This document shows positions 22,968 to 30,080 of a DNA stretch of 64,000 bases, one piece after another. The translations under genes and the position numbers were made by a program. Within the stretch, counting starts at the first letter, position 1. Each line of letters starts with the position of its first letter. Origin of the DNA: Methanomassiliicoccales archaeon (GTDB taxonomy: Archaea > Thermoplasmatota > Thermoplasmata > Methanomassiliicoccales > JAAEEP01); the NCBI GenBank assembly GCA_046540255.1, contig JBKHFJ010000006.1:6625-70624 (forward strand), given 5' to 3'. The notes below the pieces were generated by a model. It was not told where the DNA came from and ran no database searches. It saw only the letters and a program-made list of their open reading frames with translations.

Positions 22968-23300
22968 CTACAGGGCCCTCCTGGTGCTCTCCACCGTTAC
23001 CCTCTTGGGGCTGGCCCGGTATCTCAGGACCTCTTCCATCGAGTAGTCAAGGTAGTCGGCCAGTCGCCTGAACCTGTCCATGGGGAAGGCCTGCTTCCCC
23101 AGCAGGATCTGCCTGATGCTCCACCCCGGGTGTATCCTGGACCGGTATCCGAGCTGACGCCCCAGCTTGTTGATACTCCCCGCCTTCTCGATCCCCTGCT
23201 TGATCATGAGGACCCGGAAATCCGAGCACAACCACACCTTGTGTTCGCAACGATCTAGGTTCCTCCAGGGAGCGTCCCTGGCGTGGGAATACCCGGACAC
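22968..23300 (-). CDS. Small basic HTH-like protein; in-frame TAG may truncate a gene ending at 22935
   Basis: GSINKLGRQLGY...SIRQIL looks HTH-like; the TAG at 22968 is followed in frame by ECGLLYYFPR-TGA. Start uncertain. Confidence 0.55.
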   Translation of the reverse strand: MSGYSHARDAPWRNLDRCEHKVWLCSDFRVLMIKQGIEKAGSINKLGRQLGYRSRIHPGWSIRQILLGKQAFPMDRFRRLADYLDYSMEEVLRYRASPKRVTVESTRRAL

Positions 23301-23446
23301 AGTATCAGATATTTTTTTCCGGATTATTAACCATTTTCGAAGGTTTCCTCCAGCATTCTCATCATCGTCTATTCACATAGACACCGCCCTTTGGGTCCTG
23401 GGGACCGCAAAAAGTTAATATAATACCAAAAGTAGCCCAATCAGGC

Positions 23447-23866
23447 ATGGATGTGTTCAGAAAAGTGATCGAGCTCGAGACCGAAGGGGAGGTGGACATG
23501 AGGGACCTGACCGGTGAGGTCAGGGAATCCATCACCTCCTCCGGACTCTCCAGCGGGCTGGCCTGCGCCTTCGTCCCCGGATCCACCGGGGCCCTCATCA
23601 CCGTAGAGTACGAGGAGGGTCTGAAGGAGGACATCAGGGCGGCCCTGGAGAGGCTCTTCCCAAAGGGCATGGACTACGAGCACCACAAGAGGTGGGGCGA
23701 CGGGAACGGGCATTCCCATGTGAGGGCCTCCTTCCTCTCCCCCTCCGTTACCATACCATTCCACGATGGGGTTCCGGACCTGGGCACCTGGCAGCAGGTG
23801 GTCTTCGTGGAACTGGATAACCGGCCCAGGTCCAGGCGAATCATCATCCAGGTCATTGGTCAATAG
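23447..23866 (+). CDS. yjbQ: YjbQ/UPF0047 family protein
   Basis: GSTGAL, GNGHSH and LGTWQQVVFVELD. Confidence 0.92.
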   Translation: MDVFRKVIELETEGEVDMRDLTGEVRESITSSGLSSGLACAFVPGSTGALITVEYEEGLKEDIRAALERLFPKGMDYEHHKRWGDGNGHSHVRASFLSPSVTIPFHDGVPDLGTWQQVVFVELDNRPRSRRIIIQVIGQ

Positions 23867-23875
23867 GTGATTGAA

Positions 23876-25102
23876 ATGAAGATCAAGTTTCTAGGCGGAG
23901 CAGATGTGGTCGGAAGAATGGGCATGCTGCTGGAGAACAAGGGGGCCCAGCTGATATTCGAGTACGGGATGAGGCCTTCGAACCCTCCATCATATCCCCT
24001 GGCCAGTCCTCCGGTCGATTTCGGATTCCTCACCCACTGCCACCTCGATCACAGCGGGATGATCCCCTGGCTCGCTGGGAGGTACGATACTGAGGTGGTG
24101 GCCACTCCCTCCACCATCTCGGTGGTGGACCTGCTGCTGCACGACTCCCTGAAGGTGGCGGACCTGGAGGGGTTCCCCAGGCCTTTCGAGGAGGAGGACA
24201 TCAAGGCGGCCATGAGGAACTTCATCCCCATGGACTACGGGAACACCATCGACGTGGGCGGCTTCGAGGTGGAGATTCACAGCGCCGGCCACGTGCCCGG
24301 CTCGGCCATGTACGAGATGCGGGGGGACAAGACCACCGTGTTCACGGGAGACCTGAACACGACGAACACCCACCTGGTGTGGGGCGCCCACCCGGTCAAG
24401 TGCGACAACCTGGTTGTGGAGGCAACCTACGCGGGCAGGACGCAGCCGGAAAGGAAGAAGACCGAGAACGAGTTCCTGGACAAGGTGAGGGAGGTGGTGG
24501 AGCGGGGCGGCACCTGCGTGTGCGCCTGCTTCGCCGTCGGCCGGACCCAGGAGGTCATGCTCATGCTCAAGAACCTCAAGTACAACATGTGGGTCGACGG
24601 CATGGGGAAGACGGTCAACCGCCTCTACCTGGATCATCCCGAGTACCTGAGGTCGGCCAAGGACCTGAGGCGGGCCAAGAAGCGGTTCAAGGAGGTTCGC
24701 TCCCGCTCGGCCAGGGAGGCGGCCAAGAAAGAGGGAGAGGTCATCGTCACCACCGGGGGGATGCTGGACGGCGGTCCGGTGATCTCGTACATCCAGGCGA
24801 TAAAGGACGACCCCAAGAGCGCCGTCCTGCTCACTGGATTCCAGGTGGACGAGTCCAACGGCCGGAACCTGCTGGACAACGGGGTGCTGGAGATACAGGG
24901 TGTGGACGAGAAGGTCAAATGCGAGATCCAGAAGTTCGATTTCTCCGCCCACTCCGACCACAACGAGCTCCTCCACTTCGTGAAGGCCTGCGATCCCGAG
25001 AAGGTGATCCTCTGCCATTCGGACGACCGCCAGGCGCTGGCCGACGATCTCGGGGATTACGAGGTGGTTATCCCCGAGGTGGACAGGTGGTATGAATTAT
25101 GA
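23876..25102 (+). CDS. Beta-CASP metallo-beta-lactamase ribonuclease (no KH domains; aCPSF2-like)
   Basis: THCHLDH, AGHVPGS, TGD, EATY, AVGRTQE and FSAHSD. Confidence 0.88.
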   Translation: MKIKFLGGADVVGRMGMLLENKGAQLIFEYGMRPSNPPSYPLASPPVDFGFLTHCHLDHSGMIPWLAGRYDTEVVATPSTISVVDLLLHDSLKVADLEGFPRPFEEEDIKAAMRNFIPMDYGNTIDVGGFEVEIHSAGHVPGSAMYEMRGDKTTVFTGDLNTTNTHLVWGAHPVKCDNLVVEATYAGRTQPERKKTENEFLDKVREVVERGGTCVCACFAVGRTQEVMLMLKNLKYNMWVDGMGKTVNRLYLDHPEYLRSAKDLRRAKKRFKEVRSRSAREAAKKEGEVIVTTGGMLDGGPVISYIQAIKDDPKSAVLLTGFQVDESNGRNLLDNGVLEIQGVDEKVKCEIQKFDFSAHSDHNELLHFVKACDPEKVILCHSDDRQALADDLGDYEVVIPEVDRWYEL

Positions 25103-25207
25103 GAGCCAGTGTTATCCGATCGGAGAACGCTCGCCTCGCCGCCTTCATTTCAAGGACTGGCCAGATTTGAAATAACTTTATATTGGCCCAGGGTCATCTT
25201 GGGTCGG

Positions 25208-26044
25208 ATGACCCGGATGGAGGAGTATCTTCAGGAGGACATAGGTTTCGGTGACATCACCACCGACCTCTTGGTGGGGGACGAGGAGGGAAGCGCCAGG
25301 ATACAGTCCAACGAGGAGTGTGTGCTGGCCGGTCTGGAGGAGGCGACCGAGATCTTCTCCCTATTGGGGGTGAGCACCTTCCCCATGGCCAGGGATGGGG
25401 ACGACCTGTCCAAGGGCGAGCACGTCCTGGTGCTCAACGGCCCCTTGAAGAAGATCCTCCTGGGCGAGAGGCTGGCCCTGAACTTCATGATGCGCATGAG
25501 CGGCATAGCCACCGCCACCCGCAGGGTCGTCCAGGCCTGCAGGAAGGCGAACGAGGGAGTGAGGGTGGCGGCCACCAGGAAGACCACTCCCGGGTTCCGG
25601 AAGTACGAGAAGAAGGCGGTGGTGATGGGAGGGGGGGACCCCCACCGCTACAGGCTGGACGACGAGGTGTTGATCAAGGACAACCACCTGAGGGTGGTGG
25701 GGTCGATCACCCAGGCCGTGTCCATGGCCAAGAAGGCCTCCTTCTCCCGGAAGATCGAGGTGGAGGTGGAGACGGTCGAGCAGGCCCTGGAGGCCACCAA
25801 GGCCGGGGCCGATGTCATCCTGCTGGACAACATGGACCCGGACAAGGTGGAACTGGCCTACCTGGCCGTAAAGAAGCTGAAAGACGCCGTCCTGGTGGAG
25901 GTCTCCGGGGGGATCACCCCGGAGAACGCACCCGAGTACGCCGCCAATGCCGACGTGGTCTCCATGGGATGGATCACCCACTCGGCCAGGGCGGCCCACT
26001 TCAGCCTGGACGTCACCCAGGTGAAGTCGCCGGAGGAGCCCTAG
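25208..26044 (+). CDS. nadC: Quinolinate phosphoribosyltransferase
   Basis: GDITT, ERLALN, TRKTTPG, LIKDNH, IEVEVE, LLDNM and SGGIT. Confidence 0.94.
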   Translation: MTRMEEYLQEDIGFGDITTDLLVGDEEGSARIQSNEECVLAGLEEATEIFSLLGVSTFPMARDGDDLSKGEHVLVLNGPLKKILLGERLALNFMMRMSGIATATRRVVQACRKANEGVRVAATRKTTPGFRKYEKKAVVMGGGDPHRYRLDDEVLIKDNHLRVVGSITQAVSMAKKASFSRKIEVEVETVEQALEATKAGADVILLDNMDPDKVELAYLAVKKLKDAVLVEVSGGITPENAPEYAANADVVSMGWITHSARAAHFSLDVTQVKSPEEP

Positions 26045-26859
26045 AGCCCGGGCTTCACCCGGTGGTGCTGCAGACCGATCTCCTCCCCATCGAGGCCCAT
26101 GGAGAGTGCCAGCAGCTCTGACAGGTAGAGGACGGGCAGCTCCCTCTGCTTGGAATCGAACTGGACGAAGCAGAACGGGCAGGGGGTGAGGATGGCCTCC
26201 GCCCCCGCTTCCAGGAAGTCCCATACGGTCTCCTTGAATATGCTATGGGAGAGCTCGTCGTCCACGCCGGACAGTCCCCCCCCGCAGCACGAAGGCCAGT
26301 CCTGGCGATGTGCGATCCCCGCCCCGGTCCAGCCGGCCACCTCGGCCAGGTTCCCCGGTCGGAAGGGTCCTTCCGCGTCCACCACCGAGCTGGGGCGGGA
26401 CAGGTGGCACCCCGGATGGATGGCCAGGTCTATCTCCATCTCCCTCACCAGGGAGGACATCAGCTCCTCCCTCCTTTGTCTGACCAGATCCAGCAGGTGA
26501 AAGACCTCCGAACCGCCCCCGTAATGTCGCCCCATCTCCCCCAGTGTCCGATTGACCTCTTCCCTCCCCCGGTCCTGCAGCAGGTGATGCGCCTCCTTCA
26601 GGGAGAGGTAGCAGCCGTTGCACAGGGTGACGATGTCCCTTTCGGCCGATTCGGCGATGGACAGCATCCTGGCGGTCACCGCCAGCCAGGTGTCCGGGGC
26701 CATCGACCTCATCCCTATGGGTTCCACGCAGCAGGTGGCACCGGGAAGGTCCTCCACCTCCACCCTCAGTGCCTCCAGCACCCGCCTGGAGGACTTCTCC
26801 AGGAAGGGGAGGCGGGTGGGGATGAGGCATCCCCGGAAGAGGTGGAGTTCATCTCTCAA
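26041..26859 (-). CDS. hdrB: Heterodisulfide reductase subunit B
   Basis: FRGC, TCC, CNGC, HPGCH, SCCGGG and CPFC (two CCG domains); TTG start overlapping hdrC. Confidence 0.88.
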   Translation of the reverse strand: MRDELHLFRGCLIPTRLPFLEKSSRRVLEALRVEVEDLPGATCCVEPIGMRSMAPDTWLAVTARMLSIAESAERDIVTLCNGCYLSLKEAHHLLQDRGREEVNRTLGEMGRHYGGGSEVFHLLDLVRQRREELMSSLVREMEIDLAIHPGCHLSRPSSVVDAEGPFRPGNLAEVAGWTGAGIAHRQDWPSCCGGGLSGVDDELSHSIFKETVWDFLEAGAEAILTPCPFCFVQFDSKQRELPVLYLSELLALSMGLDGEEIGLQHHRVKPGL

Positions 26860-27343
26860 CGGGCAACCTCCCCATGCTGGTCCTCTTAACGATAAGATCC
26901 AACTCATCTTGGGTGTCCGCGTCGACCTCCAGCTCCTCCAGGTCGAGCTCCCCACGGAGCTTGGAGGTCAACCGGGTCCGGGGGAAGGCCAGCCCGGTCT
27001 CCTTGAAGAGCTTGACCTCGGAGAGGAGGTGGTCGGGCGCACCTCCCCTCTGGGCGGAGAGCCTGCGCAGGGCGTTGATCACCCCCGCCGGGTTGACCCC
27101 CATCTCGCACCTCTCGGAGCAGCCGTTGCACATGGTGCACAGCCAGATGGACCGATCGGTCTCCAGTTCGAAGGTGCCTGTAATGGCCCTCTCCATCACC
27201 TCCCTGGGCCGGATCCCCCCGTTCCTGAGGGAGGGGCACACGGAGGAGCACTGGCCGCACTGATGGCATCTCCGAAGGAACTCGGCAAAATCCTCCTGGA
27301 TCAGCTCCTCGGGTAGCTCGGGGTCAAAGCTCGACGTCCTCAC
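26849..27343 (-). CDS. hdrC: Heterodisulfide reductase subunit C
   Basis: CHQCGQCSSVCP and CTMCNGCSERC; a GAAAGTGTATAAG promoter lies about 28 nt upstream of the GTG at 27343. Confidence 0.85.
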   Translation of the reverse strand: MRTSSFDPELPEELIQEDFAEFLRRCHQCGQCSSVCPSLRNGGIRPREVMERAITGTFELETDRSIWLCTMCNGCSERCEMGVNPAGVINALRRLSAQRGGAPDHLLSEVKLFKETGLAFPRTRLTSKLRGELDLEELEVDADTQDELDLIVKRTSMGRLPVER

Positions 27344-27383
27344 GCCACTCGGATGCCCAGGGCCCCTTATACACTTTCTCCCC

Positions 27384-28318
27384 TCACAGTTGCGCCCTTC
27401 CCACCACGCGCAGCCTGTCCCCGTCCAGATGGGTGAGCAGGACCACCGATCCGGGGGGATGCGCCAGGGCCTTCTCCAGGGAGAGGTCGAGCTTGCGGCC
27501 GTCCACACCCTCCACCCTGCAGGGGAGGAACTGCATCCAGTGCCCGGGGTGGAGCACCGTTCCCTCCTCCAACGGTCTGGGCCAGAGATCCAGTATCTTG
27601 GCCTCGACCTCCAGCCTCTCCGATACCGCTAGGTCGAGGGAGGTGAGCACCGACCACGGTCCAGCTCCTGGGGCCCGAGGCCCTTCAGTGCCAGGCCCAC
27701 CCTCTCTCCCTGGAGGGCATGATCGACCCCCCTGCCATGCCTCTGGATCGACCTGACGACCGTCTCCTCTCCCCCGGGGAGGTTGGAAAGGGCGTCGTGC
27801 TTCCTCACCACTCCCTGGGTCACCGTTCCCAAGGCCACCGTTCCCACCCCCTTGACCGGGAAGCGGTGATCCACCGATACCGTCCCGCCCCCTTCCTCCA
27901 CCGGCCGCTCCAGGGAGTCCAGGTGGTCTCAGAGGGCCTCCCTGATATGGACGGGATCATCCTCCACCATGCGGTACCCGGAGACCGCAGTTCCCTGGAG
28001 CAGTGGGTCCAGCTGATCCTCGGTGATGTAGTTCCGCAACACCACCAGACCCTGGTCCACCCCCATCAGGTCCAGCACCAGCACCTTCTCGCCCAGCAGG
28101 TGGTCCAGTGCGTCCACCACCAGCACGGCGAAGCCGGCCAGGGGGACCGAGTGGAACAGCGACCGCAGCTTGTCCGGGTAGGAGGTGGGCTCGACCAGGG
28201 TGATGGTGTCCTCGTCCCTCCTCATGTCGTACAGCCCGATATCGGTCTCGGTGCCTCTCTTCCCGATCCCTTTCCCGTACCCGGGAGGGGAGAGCAGGGC
28301 CACGGTCAGGTGTGGCAT
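27384..28318 (-). pseudogene. Archaeal SelB-like/EF-Tu-like protein (aSelBL) with in-frame TGA and a frameshift
   Basis: G-domain-like part (GKRGTETDI, EPTSYPDK), TGA at 27929-27931, in-frame domain II (VDHRFPVKGVGTVALG, SIQRH), frame change near 27655, then domain III. Confidence 0.8.
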
Positions 28319-28397
28319 GTCGGCCGGTAGGCCACCCGGTACTTCCCGGTTGTGGTGGGGGAAACCGCATAAGAGCCCCGTTCCCTTTCCGGGGGTG

Positions 28398-28580
28398 ATG
28401 GACATCGAGAAGCACAGGTGCCAGTTCTGCGGGCGCCCGGCCAAGTACTTCGCCTTCGCCACCTTCGTGTGCGATCTGGAGGAGTGCATGGAGAGGGCCA
28501 GGAAGGAGCGCGGGGGGCCCGGTGGTCACCTCAAGAGGAAGGGCGAGGGGAAGCCCATTGTCCCGGAGGACGAGGACTAG
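28398..28580 (+). CDS. Small Cys-rich (zinc-finger-like) protein, 60 aa
   Basis: CQFC-x12-CDLEEC with native codon usage and a GGGGGTG RBS. Confidence 0.7.
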   Translation: MDIEKHRCQFCGRPAKYFAFATFVCDLEECMERARKERGGPGGHLKRKGEGKPIVPEDED

Positions 28581-29674
28581 CGCAGCCTGGAGGCGGCCAG
28601 GGAGAACAGGTCCCTTACCGGGATGATCCCCTCCTCCAGCCCCCGCTGGGCGCAGGAGAGGTGGATCAGGCACTTGGGACAGGCGGTGACCAGGGCGTCC
28701 GCCCCGGCCCGCCGAGCCTCCCTCAGGCGGTCGAGCTGCCATTCCCTGGTGTAGGAGTCGCAGTTCACCCAGTTGGAGTGGCCACAGCAGGCGCTCATCT
28801 CCCCCGACCTGGGCATCTCCACCACCTCCCCCAGATCCTCCATGATCCTCCTGGGGGCCTCAACGATCCCCCCGTGACGGCCCAGGCGGCAGGGATCCTG
28901 AAAGGCGATCCTCTCGCCCGCTCGCTCCAGCTCCAATCTGCCCTCCTCCAGACCCTCGGCCACCACCTCCACCAGGCCCCTCACACGGAAGTCGAGGTCA
29001 CCGACGAAGCGAGGGTAGACGTCCCTCAGGGTGGAGTATCCCTCCGGACACAGGGCGATCACCTCATCGGCCCCTTCCATCTGCCGCACGTTCATCTCCG
29101 CCAGCCTGCGGAAGGTCTTTTCGTCCCCCATCCAGTGAGCGTCGTGGCCGCAGCACCGCTCCCCGGGGAGCACCCCGGGACGGAGGCCCATGGCGTTCAG
29201 CAGCCTCACCGCCGATCGGGGGATGTCGAGGAGGCCCGGGCAGAAGTCCCGGAAGAGCACGTGGAAGTAAGGGAGACAGCCGATGAAGAGGAGCGGGTCG
29301 TCACCCAGAATGAGGTCATCGGTGACCCAGTTGGTCTTCTCCGGGACCAGATCGGAACGGGCGTTCAGCCCCCTTATGGCCCCCATGATCCCACCATGGG
29401 TCCTCTGCGGAGGGAGCACCTCCCCCAGGTCCACGCGCAGCCGGCGAACGAACTGGTGGAAGAGCACCCCGCTGTCGCAGGCCTGGGAGCACAGCCCGCA
29501 GTTGGTACAGCTCCATATCCCTGCGTCCAGGGGATCCTCCCCGGCCGCGATACGCTCCACCACGGTGCGGGGGGAGAAATCCCCCTTACCGTGGGATACC
29601 GGGCACAGGTAGCTGCACCTGCCGCATCCGATGCACTCCTGGATCCCGAACTCCCTGTAGTCCTCAATGTCCAC
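28577..29674 (-). CDS. hdrD: HdrD-like Fe-S oxidoreductase (2x[4Fe-4S] + 2 CCG domains)
   Basis: CIGCGRCSYLCP, CTNCGLCSQAC, ERCCGH, CPEG, DPCRLGR, CCG and CPKC. Start approximate. Confidence 0.8.
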   Translation of the reverse strand: MDIEDYREFGIQECIGCGRCSYLCPVSHGKGDFSPRTVVERIAAGEDPLDAGIWSCTNCGLCSQACDSGVLFHQFVRRLRVDLGEVLPPQRTHGGIMGAIRGLNARSDLVPEKTNWVTDDLILGDDPLLFIGCLPYFHVLFRDFCPGLLDIPRSAVRLLNAMGLRPGVLPGERCCGHDAHWMGDEKTFRRLAEMNVRQMEGADEVIALCPEGYSTLRDVYPRFVGDLDFRVRGLVEVVAEGLEEGRLELERAGERIAFQDPCRLGRHGGIVEAPRRIMEDLGEVVEMPRSGEMSACCGHSNWVNCDSYTREWQLDRLREARRAGADALVTACPKCLIHLSCAQRGLEEGIIPVRDLFSLAASRLR

Positions 29675-30080
29675 CGCCCTCACCTCCCAGCGGACCCTTG
29701 GACCGGACCCTCTCCACGAAATCATCGGTGGTCTCCGCGAAGCGACCCCCCTCCGAGGCGGAGACCCAGTTCAGGTAGAGCCTCTCCGGATCGATGCCCA
29801 GGAGTCCCATCAGCTCCCTGGTCCTCCCCACCCGCCGCTCCGCCTCCTCGTTGCCGTTGAGGTAGTGGCAGTCGCCGGGATGGCATCCGAGCACCATCAC
29901 CCCGTCCGCCCCCTTCTGGAAGGTCCTCAGGAGAAGGGCGGGGTCCACCCGTCCGGAGCACATCACCCTGACGATCCTGATCCGGGACGAGTACTGGTAT
30001 CGGGAGACCCCGGCCAGGTCCGCCCCGGCATAGGCGCACCAGTTGCAGCAGAAGGCCACGATACTCGGCTCCCAGCTCAC
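29664..30080 (-). CDS. mvhD: MvhD [2Fe-2S] subunit
   Basis: AFCCNWCAY, RVMCSGR, GCHPGDCHY and WVSASEG. Confidence 0.95.
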   Translation of the reverse strand: MSWEPSIVAFCCNWCAYAGADLAGVSRYQYSSRIRIVRVMCSGRVDPALLLRTFQKGADGVMVLGCHPGDCHYLNGNEEAERRVGRTRELMGLLGIDPERLYLNWVSASEGGRFAETTDDFVERVRSKGPLGGEGGGH

